Positions 10,199 through 18,558 are shown, counted from the first letter of the stretch. The stretch is DNA of 64,000 bases from Arenicellales bacterium (GCA_965203865.1 OZ241916.1:1109209-1173208), one strand, 5' to 3'. The notes: generated from the letters alone by a model not told the origin. Numbers and translations are program-made.

Positions 10199-11007
10199 GA
10201 TTGGAACCCAATTGCATCGGTGAATGGTTTATCAGAAATCAATACCAGGACAGTACTGTCGTTGATTTGCCCGCTAGGTGACAACTTTGTGTGAACAAAA
10301 GAAGCTGTTCGCCATGAACCGATTAATTCTCTGGGGTCAAGCGTAACAGGTTCATCTAGATTGTTCTTCACATGCACTGCGGTAATAAAGTGATTTGGCG
10401 ATTTCCAGCTGGCCATAGGACTGGATAACAGAGCGTTGCCACACAATGTGGGGATTCTGGCACCACAGCGAAACAAGTTGATTTTTGCCCGGTTTACTGC
10501 CACTTGGGTAACACCTGGCAATTTGGTCAGCAGTCGTTTTGGTGCATATAATTGCTGCACGACCCACCGGGTCAGAGATATGAACCCATGTTGTGCATCT
10601 GAGTTCTGCCTGGAGTTGTCCGTTGACTTGTTGCTGTCTTTAGAAATTACAACCGGCCCCAGATTAACGGCGTAGTGGTTAGACTGGACTTCGAGTATTT
10701 GCTTCCCCAGTGGTTCTGCTATTAGAAGTAGGCGAGTTGAACTGAACTCTTCTTTAGCGGTTAGCCACAGGTGATTGTCAATGATTTGCGTCTCGATTTG
10801 TTGTGCAACTTCATTTGGCACACCTATTTGCAACCTTGTCGCTTGAGGAATATGAATATTTTGTTCTACACCTACTTTTAGCTCAAGATGAAGGGGAGTT
10901 TGAGACCATTGATAGGTTATTGACCCTCCATGCACCAGTTTCATGTGGAGTGCTAGCCAGACAGTTAGAAGAATCCAGCGTGGTTTCGCAAGTAGTGGAA
11001 ATGTCAA
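10195..11007 (-). CDS. ICE protein TIGR03749/PFL_4704 (DUF3438)
   Basis: W..PL.LEL.VG.E, LTRWVVQQLYAPKRLL, LDPRELIG; position in operon. Confidence 0.85.
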   Translation of the reverse strand: MTFPLLAKPRWILLTVWLALHMKLVHGGSITYQWSQTPLHLELKVGVEQNIHIPQATRLQIGVPNEVAQQIETQIIDNHLWLTAKEEFSSTRLLLIAEPLGKQILEVQSNHYAVNLGPVVISKDSNKSTDNSRQNSDAQHGFISLTRWVVQQLYAPKRLLTKLPGVTQVAVNRAKINLFRCGARIPTLCGNALLSSPMASWKSPNHFITAVHVKNNLDEPVTLDPRELIGSWRTASFVHTKLSPSGQINDSTVLVLISDKPFTDAIGFQS

Positions 11008-11009
11008 GA

Positions 11010-11621
11010 TTATTTCTCCTCATTTCGTTTTGGGGGATATGACATGATGTCTAGAAGTAGTCCCCAAGGATTGAATTCTGGGTCAATTGGTTTTTGTATT
11101 ACCTTAAGAAAGTAAGTAATTTTGACTGTCTTTACTGCTACTCCGCCTATGTGTTCCTGAAGGTCAACATCCAATGAAACAGTCCATGTGTCCGATGAAT
11201 CGTTTACCACAGAATTGATGTAGTGAGCTCCAGTTGATGGCAAAATGTATCGGGTGCGTCCTCTAAGCTCAGATGTTCGCTTGATGCTTTCTTTTTCCAA
11301 CCAAGCCTTGAATTCAGGGGTGAAAAAGGCGGCTAGTCGTTTTATGTTGTTCGGATAGTCCGTTTGGCAGTCGCTTTCACATCTGTTCAATTGTTGCCAA
11401 ATATAGCCAGCAAAGTTGTAGACTTCCCACGGGTGAATGGAATTCGCAATTACTTGGCCACCGTAGCGAAGATCTGGCGGGATACTAATTCGCTGACTTC
11501 GCGATGCATGGTACCATCCGTAGATGGTGAACATCAAACTAAGAGAAAGAAAAATCGTTACTATTCGCAAAGTTCGAATATGCTCGAAAAGATTTGCATC
11601 CGCATGGACAAACCGATTCAT
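11010..11621 (-). CDS. ICE protein TIGR03746/PFL_4703 (DUF2895)
   Basis: HIRTLR, IPPDLRYG, VYNFAGYIWQQLNR, ELRGRTR, DPEFNPWGLLLD. Confidence 0.88.
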   Translation of the reverse strand: MNRFVHADANLFEHIRTLRIVTIFLSLSLMFTIYGWYHASRSQRISIPPDLRYGGQVIANSIHPWEVYNFAGYIWQQLNRCESDCQTDYPNNIKRLAAFFTPEFKAWLEKESIKRTSELRGRTRYILPSTGAHYINSVVNDSSDTWTVSLDVDLQEHIGGVAVKTVKITYFLKVIQKPIDPEFNPWGLLLDIMSYPPKRNEEK

Positions 11622-11623
11622 AT

Positions 11624-11974
11624 TCAGGTACTCCGATCAGTTGTCCATCTACCTGACTTATAGATGAGTTCTTTGGAGAATAATGGGTGGGTTTTGCAGT
11701 AAAAATATCGCAAGTACCAACCTTCGGGCTTGCCAGTTTTCAACTTCTTTATACATGTTGCTATGCAAACTACAGAGAACAATGTTCCGCTTACGAATAC
11801 TACAAATGAGAAAAACAATGCGTGTATTCCATTGAAAACAATGACTCCCAGTACACCGGCGCCAGGAATCCAGCAGATGCCAGTGCACAACACTATTGAA
11901 TACAACTCCGTTGTGCCACACCCTTGATACAAGGGTGTTTCAAAGTCAAGTTTTGTACAAGGTTGCAGTTCCAT
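11624..11974 (-). CDS. ICE membrane protein TIGR03750 (DUF3487)
   Basis: LDFETPLYQGCGTTEL, two TM segments, KLKTGKPEGWY; synteny. Confidence 0.75.
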   Translation of the reverse strand: MELQPCTKLDFETPLYQGCGTTELYSIVLCTGICWIPGAGVLGVIVFNGIHALFFSFVVFVSGTLFSVVCIATCIKKLKTGKPEGWYLRYFYCKTHPLFSKELIYKSGRWTTDRST

Positions 11975-12372
11975 TATGAGCTTAACATTGCGTTCAGACG
12001 TTCAGAACCCCACCATGCTCCGAAAATAACAACCACTATTACCAATATGCCGGCACCAAAGAAGACAGCAAATCGTCCCCACTCGCCTTTCTTGCGCGCT
12101 TCGCTAATTTCTGAAACCAACCCTCCAGAAAATGCAAGAATTGCAAATACAACCACCAGGGTTAAACCAAGGAAAATCATATAGCGAACACTGCCGACCA
12201 AATATCCAATGGGGTCGTTTGCATTGAATGTTTGCGAGCCAATTTGTGGGGGTTGCGGCAGAACATTCTGAGCTTGGGAAAGTGTTGACTCCAATATTGC
12301 CATTGAAGCAACAGTTAATTTTGCTGCCCACAGATTGAAGTGGTACTTGACCTGGAATTTACTGATTTTCAT
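11974..12372 (-). CDS. ICE pilin-like membrane protein TIGR03745/PFL_4702 (DUF2976)
   Basis: Signal-like N-terminus, LPQPP, two TMs, KGEWGRF..GA...LV; synteny. Confidence 0.72.
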   Translation of the reverse strand: MKISKFQVKYHFNLWAAKLTVASMAILESTLSQAQNVLPQPPQIGSQTFNANDPIGYLVGSVRYMIFLGLTLVVVFAILAFSGGLVSEISEARKKGEWGRFAVFFGAGILVIVVVIFGAWWGSERLNAMLSS

Positions 12373-12373
12373 A

Positions 12374-12595
12374 TTACAAAAATGCGATTATTGTCAATAA
12401 TGCTATGGTAGTAACTAATGACCGGCCTGATTCTGTTAACAGGCCCAAGAAACTAATCTGGTTGCTTTGAAGACGTTTCAGGCAAGATACTACTATCCAA
12501 ATCCACCACAAGATTGCAGTGGCTGACAAAAGAGCGATGATTGCCGCTCTCAAGTATTCAACTCTAAATGAAGTGCCTATGCCGCCTATGTCCAT
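12374..12595 (-). CDS. Small ICE membrane protein, TIGR03758/DUF3262-like
   Basis: 73 aa, two TMs, LWWIW; lies between RAQPRD-family and TIGR03745-like genes. Confidence 0.65.
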   Translation of the reverse strand: MDIGGIGTSFRVEYLRAAIIALLSATAILWWIWIVVSCLKRLQSNQISFLGLLTESGRSLVTTIALLTIIAFL

Positions 12596-12598
12596 AAC

Positions 12599-12988
12599 TT
12601 AGTTGCTGTAGTTTCCTGCTATGGGTTCCACCGTTCGAGGTGTAAAGTCGGGCTGGTGTACATGAGCACCAATTCCTTGCGTAATCAGTTGCAAGTCATA
12701 GCGTAATTGAGCATAGTCAAATTTGATGCGTGCATCTGGATTTGCGCGAGTTTCAGCTTCGGTAATTAAATTGTTCAATTCTTGGAGTAGTTGCACAAGA
12801 CGGGCAAGTGTTTTCTTTTCCCCCGAGTTTGAACGCATTACAATTTCTGGCGCTACACTTGCGATTGCTTGCGATTGCTGTTGAATTTCCAGTGCATACG
12901 ATTCTGAAGTTTGTTCAGGCATACTGCAACCAGTGAGCCAAAGGAACGACCCAGCGATGAAATATAAAATGTAAAACGATTTGAACAT
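12599..12988 (-). CDS. RAQPRD-family ICE protein (possible lipoprotein)
   Basis: RIKFDYAQLRYDLQLITQGI...PDFTPRTVEPIAGNY fits the family C-terminus; LTGC lipobox. Confidence 0.82.
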   Translation of the reverse strand: MFKSFYILYFIAGSFLWLTGCSMPEQTSESYALEIQQQSQAIASVAPEIVMRSNSGEKKTLARLVQLLQELNNLITEAETRANPDARIKFDYAQLRYDLQLITQGIGAHVHQPDFTPRTVEPIAGNYSN

Positions 12989-13084
12989 GTAAGTCTGTAT
13001 AACCCTACATGCGATTAATTTTCAGTAAAAATTAAGAATTAATTCAACTTCATTTTTTTATCTGATTCTGAGGGGGGCGGTCAG

Positions 13085-13717
13085 TCAATTAATTTCGAAT
13101 ATTCCGTTCTGAAATTTTGTTCCTTGGCTGTTTGCCCGGGTTACAGTAATTCGACGGGTACGCAGTAAATGAGCTGGAATCTGGTGAGTGGTAGTCCAGT
13201 TCCGAAGTTGTAAATTACTCACTCGTTCTTGTATTACTATATCCAATGCCCCGCCTTTGATTACATGCTGTAAAGCAAGGTTCAAATTGTCTTTGCAGGA
13301 TTTATTGGTGCAATTGTATGGAGTAACTAGCAGAATTCGTTTCTGGAGCTGCCCGCTGTCCCTTTTTAGAACTAGTTCGTTCATCGCTGAGATGTATTCT
13401 GTTTCGAATTTGCTAATGGCTTCGGTAACCTCTAATTGGCGTTCGGCAAACAGTTTTGCGTAGTACTTTCTCTTTTCGGGTGTCTTTGCGAATATACCAA
13501 GCCATTCTAGTGGACTGATATCCGCAGAAATCAAGCCGCTGAACTGTCGCTCAAGTTCTTTGTATTGTCCCCATTCAGCTACTGATAGTCCCCACACATC
13601 AGCGGTTTGTTTTTGAATCTCTTGCAAACTTGATTGTGTCATCTGGGTGTGTTCAATTGTTGTCTGGGCAAACACTGAAACCGTCCAGACCAAAATAATA
13701 AAGAAACTGTATTTCAT
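13085..13717 (-). CDS. ICE protein TIGR03759/PFL_4693 family
   Basis: WGLSVAEWGQYKEL, ISPLEWLGIFAKTPEKRKYYAKL, LRNW...IP...RRITV. Confidence 0.82.
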   Translation of the reverse strand: MKYSFFIILVWTVSVFAQTTIEHTQMTQSSLQEIQKQTADVWGLSVAEWGQYKELERQFSGLISADISPLEWLGIFAKTPEKRKYYAKLFAERQLEVTEAISKFETEYISAMNELVLKRDSGQLQKRILLVTPYNCTNKSCKDNLNLALQHVIKGGALDIVIQERVSNLQLRNWTTTHQIPAHLLRTRRITVTRANSQGTKFQNGIFEIN

Positions 13718-14484
13718 TCACTGACTCTCATTACGTGTTCAATTTTGGATTTTTGGTTTTCGAAGGTGGCAGTGTTGCCTAGCGGATCAATATTCTTGAG
13801 TTGCCAACCCAAACGGGACTCATTGAGGGCGAGCATGGTAATTCTACTGTCTAGCGAAATTACAGCATTCCACTCTGTATTCCAGTTCTCAACAGAAATC
13901 AGCGTAAACTGAGGCATGTGTGAATGGTCTACTGCTTTGCGTTCTTGGGCTTTTTGCTTCTCAAGGTGCTGTTCTAGATACTGTTGTATGCGATCCAAGC
14001 GAAGGTATAGTTCCTCATTGTGAATTTGAGGTAGTTTTGTTCTGTCAAGGATTTGTTTTACATCGTTCTCAAGCATCTCGAGACGATTGTTGAAGTAGGA
14101 GTGTGCATCTTCATTTGATTTGAGCAGGTACTCTATATTTTTAATAATGGATTCAAAATCCGGGGTGACCAATTTTTCTGTCTCGGAGATAGTTTCTTCA
14201 TGAATTGGCGTTTGAGAATTCCTGGAGATGTCCTGTTTGGGGATTGCCTCGGTAACCGGTACCGGAGGGGCAGTTTGACTTTGAATTTGTGAATGCACCA
14301 CTGAATCAGATTTCCCCTTGGCATACTGCAACGTTTGGTCTGAGTGTATAAGAAAATAATAAGAGCCAACCAATAGAACAGGGATGACAATCAATGAGTA
14401 ACGGAGTAATTTAGATACTGAACCCGGCAACCGGGGCAGAAAGGATCTTTTTCCAGGACTAGGCTTGTTGGTGCTTGAAGACAT
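13714..14484 (-). CDS. ICE membrane-anchored coiled-coil protein (normally precedes TIGR03759)
   Basis: N-terminal TM, coiled coil, C-terminal PQFTLISVE...GWQLKNID..TATF; start 14484 or 14526. Confidence 0.6.
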   Translation of the reverse strand: MSSSTNKPSPGKRSFLPRLPGSVSKLLRYSLIVIPVLLVGSYYFLIHSDQTLQYAKGKSDSVVHSQIQSQTAPPVPVTEAIPKQDISRNSQTPIHEETISETEKLVTPDFESIIKNIEYLLKSNEDAHSYFNNRLEMLENDVKQILDRTKLPQIHNEELYLRLDRIQQYLEQHLEKQKAQERKAVDHSHMPQFTLISVENWNTEWNAVISLDSRITMLALNESRLGWQLKNIDPLGNTATFENQKSKIEHVMRVSE

Positions 14485-14619
14485 AATCCCGCAATTTTGC
14501 CATTTACAACACAGTAGTTGATTCAAAATATGAATTTGAAAAGAAAGTAATTACTTCAATTGCCCATAATTGAAATCAATTTAAAAATTGCCATTACAAC
14601 TGGTTCATATAAAAAGAAA

Positions 14620-14643
14620 GGGACTTATATATAATGATAACCA
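14620..14643. repeat. Left terminal inverted repeat, element 1
   Basis: GGGACTTATATATAATGATAACCA. Confidence 0.9.
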
Positions 14644-14649
14644 ATTGCC

Positions 14650-15855
14650 ATGATTAGAACTTTTACATATACTGCCAAGCTTTCCAAGGGCTGCCACAGG
14701 AACCTGGAAGAATTTCTGAGTCAGGAAACAATCTTGTGGAACTGCGCCTTGCAAGAGAGGATAGAAGCTTACAACAAGGCCGGCAGGACTATAAGTCTGT
14801 ACGACCAGCAAAAGTCCTTGACCCAGATAAGGGGAGACGATGATTGGTTTAGCAAGTTTGATGCTTTTGCGCAAAGAACCTGCTTAAGAAGACTGGACAA
14901 GGCGTTCAAGAGATTCTTTCGTCGAGTCAAGAAAGGAGAGAATCCGGGTTTTCCAAGGTTCAAGTCAAGGAGCAGGGGAGTAAAGTCTTTTGAAACCCAT
15001 CAGTTTCGTATTCACAAGGCTTTGTCTTGGCATTGTGTCCGAATAAAAGGAATAGGCAAGTTCAGGTTCAAGGGTGAACTGAAAGGGGAAGTTAAGTTTT
15101 TAAGAATCGTAAAGACTCCTGTAAGGATTAAGATTCAGTTGGTTTGCGAGCTTCCGGATATAGAAACTGTAGATACAAGAGCTCCTGTAGGCATAGATGT
15201 AGGAGTTTTGAATAGGGTTAGTCTTTCCAACAGAGTACAGATTCCTAAAAGGAATGTAGACAGAAACAAACTAAAAACTTTACAGAAGAAAGTTTCCAAG
15301 TCTGTAAAGGGTTCCAACAGCAGGAAGAAGAAGATTCTATCCTTGAACAAGGAGTGGCAGAGAGTCGGAGAGAAGAACAAAGGATACCTGCATGAACTAA
15401 CCAGTTCCTTAATCAAGGACCAGACTTCCAAGTTTTATGTAGAAGACTTAAGAATTGAGAATATGACGGCTTCTGGCGGTAGCAGTAAAGCCGGACTGAA
15501 CAGGTCAATACTTGACCAGACATGGGGAGACTTTAATTTTATGCTTGGCTACAAGGCTGAAAGCGCCGGTGGCTTTGTCAAGAAGGTCAACCCCAGGTTT
15601 ACATCCCAGGTCTGCTCCAACTGCGGGCATAAGCCTAATGAGAAGATCAAGCTAAGCGATAGGACTTATCTTTGCAAAGCTTGTGGCTACAAAGGAGACA
15701 GGGATGTAAATGCAGCAATCAATGTTCTTCGTGTCGGATTAAACGGCACTTTGGGCGGGAGGCCCGAAGCGCAGGAAGAAGGAAGGCTTAAAGCATTCAT
15801 TGGAATGCCCACTGCGCAGAACAGTATACAGTGGTCTGGTTATCATTGTATATAA
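14650..15855 (+). CDS. tnpB: RNA-guided endonuclease TnpB
   Basis: WNCALQER, GFPRFK, RuvC-I GIDVG, RuvC-II VEDL, Zn finger CSNC/CKAC, RuvC-III DRDVNAAIN. Confidence 0.95.
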   Translation: MIRTFTYTAKLSKGCHRNLEEFLSQETILWNCALQERIEAYNKAGRTISLYDQQKSLTQIRGDDDWFSKFDAFAQRTCLRRLDKAFKRFFRRVKKGENPGFPRFKSRSRGVKSFETHQFRIHKALSWHCVRIKGIGKFRFKGELKGEVKFLRIVKTPVRIKIQLVCELPDIETVDTRAPVGIDVGVLNRVSLSNRVQIPKRNVDRNKLKTLQKKVSKSVKGSNSRKKKILSLNKEWQRVGEKNKGYLHELTSSLIKDQTSKFYVEDLRIENMTASGGSSKAGLNRSILDQTWGDFNFMLGYKAESAGGFVKKVNPRFTSQVCSNCGHKPNEKIKLSDRTYLCKACGYKGDRDVNAAINVLRVGLNGTLGGRPEAQEEGRLKAFIGMPTAQNSIQWSGYHCI

Positions 15856-15880
15856 GTCCCAAAAGAAATGTACTGAACCG
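15652..15880 (+). ncRNA. Putative omegaRNA (reRNA) of tnpB copy 1; 5' end and guide length uncertain
   Basis: ~194 nt identical between otherwise diverged copies; several stems; TnpB omegaRNAs are known to overlap the tnpB 3' end. Confidence 0.55.
15837..15860. repeat. Right terminal inverted repeat, element 1
   Basis: TGGTTATCATTGTATATAAGTCCC; contains the tnpB stop codon. Confidence 0.9.
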
Positions 15881-15932
15881 ATTAGCGTGCAACCGGCCTT
15901 GTGAGTGTGCTAATTTTTCAATATTGGAAGAA

Positions 15933-16394
15933 CTATACTGCTGGTAGTATTGAAGAATAAATTAAAGTGTCCAAAACGACGAGTCCAGCTGCAACTGATA
16001 AGCCTACACCGAAAGGTGCTTCATTCATTTTTGTGTTTTTGGCAAGTCCGTAAACAAAAATTGTGAACACAGAAGCAATTATCAAGACAATCGGCAGGCA
16101 TTGCCAGCCAAACCATGCTCCTATTGCGGCTAGATACTTTGCGTCGCCAAGTCCAATTCCCGAAAATCCTCGAACATGAGCCTGAATGTCATGCAGTATG
16201 CGAACTGAAATGTAAGCAGAAGTGGCACCTGTTATTGCGGAACTTGGAGATACCAACAATGAACCGCTATTGACAACAAGGCCAAGCCAAAGCAGAGATA
16301 GAGTAAACTTGTCGGGCAATAGATTGAATCTATGGTCACTTACGGCCAAGAGTATCAAATAAATTACGAAAACTGTACAGGCAAGCGAATTCAA
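15933..16394 (-). CDS. pilU: Prepilin peptidase (A24, PilU-like, no N-terminal methylase domain)
   Basis: SDHRFNLLPD and GIGLGDAKYLAAIGAWFGW aspartate motifs, PFGVGL. Confidence 0.85.
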   Translation of the reverse strand: MNSLACTVFVIYLILLAVSDHRFNLLPDKFTLSLLWLGLVVNSGSLLVSPSSAITGATSAYISVRILHDIQAHVRGFSGIGLGDAKYLAAIGAWFGWQCLPIVLIIASVFTIFVYGLAKNTKMNEAPFGVGLSVAAGLVVLDTLIYSSILPAV

Positions 16395-16418
16395 AACCTT
16401 ATTTAATTTTTACAAGTT

Positions 16419-17930
16419 TTATTTTGGATTTACACATTGCGTCCATCTCGTTCTGACAATGCATTTCTTATAGGCTTTAACATAGGAATTTTGGCACTGA
16501 AGGGTTTGTGCATTTCGAGTGCCGTAAGCAAAAATTTTAGATCCTCCCGAAAGTCTGACAGATGAAACGTACTCATATCCTCCTCCGTTTGACCCCCAAG
16601 TGCAATATTCACTTGATTTGATGCATCCGGTTGTAGTTGAGCATCGTGAGTTAACTGAAAATCTAGATTGATTGCAGTTATCAGAATTCCATGGATATTG
16701 ACTGTCAGAATTGCGCTGAGCAAGCGCAGTGGCACGGCTTGGAGAGCATGTTTTTGGAATCCATTCATCAGGTGCTTCGTCAGGCATTGCACTATAAATG
16801 TCATCCACGCAATCAGTATCGCAGTACAAGCTAAATCTGTTTGTATTAGCACTTACATCGCTTTGAATTGCATTAATGCTTGTGTCATGCGCCTCAATTC
16901 GTCCAGTTAAAGTAATTAGATCGTTACGGTTTTGTGTCACCTCGCCGTCAATTCTACTCACATCTGCAGATTGGTCCAGCCGGGCAAAACCCTCGCCAAT
17001 GGCACCTTCGGCAGAGGGAAGCGTTAGTGATTCGGTAGCCGTGATTTCTTCAGTGGTAATATCGGACGTAGTAATCCCGCTATTCGCCTCCAGAGTACCG
17101 TCGGAAATTGTTAAACCACCGCCACCAGAGATAGCCAAACCATCATTCAATGGTTGAATTGACATTGTATTTTCAAATGTAATTCCTCCGGTCATTTCAT
17201 TGCTTCCATCCAACCGTAGGAATGGCGCATCTCCTGAATTCACACCAATTCGGGTTTGAATACGAGCCAAATCATCAATTGCCGAAGAGTCGTATGTAGC
17301 AGAATCCGGGTCAAATTCAATGCCGGTTGGATCTTCCTGGGCAAAAACAACCTCGAAAAAACCGAGTACGCCCGCACTTGTTTCTGTTTGAGCTTCGTTT
17401 AGAGCGATTGCCGCCAAGTCCGGGCGAGCATCCGGAAGTCCGTTCTCATCACGATCTCTGCCCGAGCGAAACACCCCGAAATCAATTGTAGCCTGCGGCC
17501 CTTGTGGTTGAATTTGAACATCAATTTCAAGGTCACCAAATGTTACTGCGTCGCCTTCGTCATTGAGTATATACGGCAAAACTGTGTCTGCCCTGTAGTT
17601 GCACGCCAAAAATCTCACCCCTGCCGGGTCAGTGCAATCCTGTAAATCTGCAATTAACAATGTAGTTGCCGCAGTTGGCGGGTTCTCTGCCAGTGCAACA
17701 GATGTTGCTCGCGAAAATGCCGCAATTGATCGGCCGGTCTGACGTGCGGTATCGCTTTGAAGTTTATGAGATTGTTGCTGCGCCCAGACTACGAGAATTG
17801 TTATACCAATCGCAATTGCGATCAAAGACTCGACAATTGTAATTGCACCTTGCTCTCGGGTTCTGTATTCACCATTATTTGCCAAGGATAATTTGGCGAA
17901 TCTGGTAAATTTTAACCATTGAATGTCCAT
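16419..17930 (-). CDS. pilV: PilV-like minor pilin/tip adhesin
   Basis: Prepilin-like QGAITIVESLIAIAIG, FLRLDGSNEMTGGITF, coiled coil, Cys-rich C-terminus; follows the major pilin. Confidence 0.7.
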   Translation of the reverse strand: MDIQWLKFTRFAKLSLANNGEYRTREQGAITIVESLIAIAIGITILVVWAQQQSHKLQSDTARQTGRSIAAFSRATSVALAENPPTAATTLLIADLQDCTDPAGVRFLACNYRADTVLPYILNDEGDAVTFGDLEIDVQIQPQGPQATIDFGVFRSGRDRDENGLPDARPDLAAIALNEAQTETSAGVLGFFEVVFAQEDPTGIEFDPDSATYDSSAIDDLARIQTRIGVNSGDAPFLRLDGSNEMTGGITFENTMSIQPLNDGLAISGGGGLTISDGTLEANSGITTSDITTEEITATESLTLPSAEGAIGEGFARLDQSADVSRIDGEVTQNRNDLITLTGRIEAHDTSINAIQSDVSANTNRFSLYCDTDCVDDIYSAMPDEAPDEWIPKTCSPSRATALAQRNSDSQYPWNSDNCNQSRFSVNSRCSTTTGCIKSSEYCTWGSNGGGYEYVSSVRLSGGSKIFAYGTRNAQTLQCQNSYVKAYKKCIVRTRWTQCVNPK

Positions 17931-18505
17931 ACCACATTCACTCCATTGGCACCACCTCCGCTACACAAGTTTGCAATGTTGGCGGCCGCTCCTTCATCAA
18001 CACCGGCAGTGTTTGCGTCATCTTGTGCGTCCAAATCGATTTCTGTTGTACCTACTCTCACCGAATTTGCCAATTCCAGCGATGATGCTACGATTGATGC
18101 ACACCCTGCGCCAGGCATATTCTCGAAGGTGATCGTAAATTGCTGTCCATCCCCCTGGATTTCAATATCACCTTCCCACGGATGCTGAAGGTCATCTCCA
18201 TCTCGAAGGTGGTTTGGAAAACCAGCTAGATTGCTGGCAAGTTGAGATGTTAATCCGTCAAAATTGTTTCGGGCACCAAAAGTGGCTCTTATAGAACTGG
18301 CAATTTGGGAAAGACCGGATACCGCATTATTGGCATTTCGGGTTTGAATAAGAGCAGGGACACCGGCAAACGCAACTGCTAGCACAGTGGCTCCCACTCC
18401 CAGTGCTATCAATGTCTCTGCTATAGTAATTGCTCCTTTCTCGCGGTTTGTACCTTTCGGGTCCAATTGAGTCAGATGGGTTAGATATTTTATTAGCTGT
18501 GTCAT
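17912..18505 (-). CDS. pilS: Type IVb major pilin, PilS-like
   Basis: KGAITIAETLIALG, HPWEGDI, FTITFENMPGAGCASI, C-terminal Cys. Confidence 0.85.
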   Translation of the reverse strand: MTQLIKYLTHLTQLDPKGTNREKGAITIAETLIALGVGATVLAVAFAGVPALIQTRNANNAVSGLSQIASSIRATFGARNNFDGLTSQLASNLAGFPNHLRDGDDLQHPWEGDIEIQGDGQQFTITFENMPGAGCASIVASSLELANSVRVGTTEIDLDAQDDANTAGVDEGAAANIANLCSGGGANGVNVVWTFNG

Positions 18506-18558
18506 GGTCAATCTCCAATCGTTGTAGTTGAAATCTCGTTTTAGTCAATTTCGCTACT

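Larger units (their letters stand above)
14620..15860 (+). mobile_element. tnpB-only element, copy 1 (1241 bp), with 24-bp TIRs and 8-bp TSD AAAAGAAA
   Basis: Left TIR 14620-14643 and right TIR 15837-15860 match at 23/24; AAAAGAAA at 14612-14619 and 15861-15868. Confidence 0.92.

Noticed and set aside
14650-15855. TnpB as Cas12f/CRISPR effector or catalytically dead TldR
   Set aside because: No CRISPR array or cas genes seen in the window; the RuvC D-E-D triad is intact.
15869-16418. Shufflon downstream of pilV
   Set aside because: No sfx-like repeats, alternative C-terminal cassettes or rci recombinase seen.
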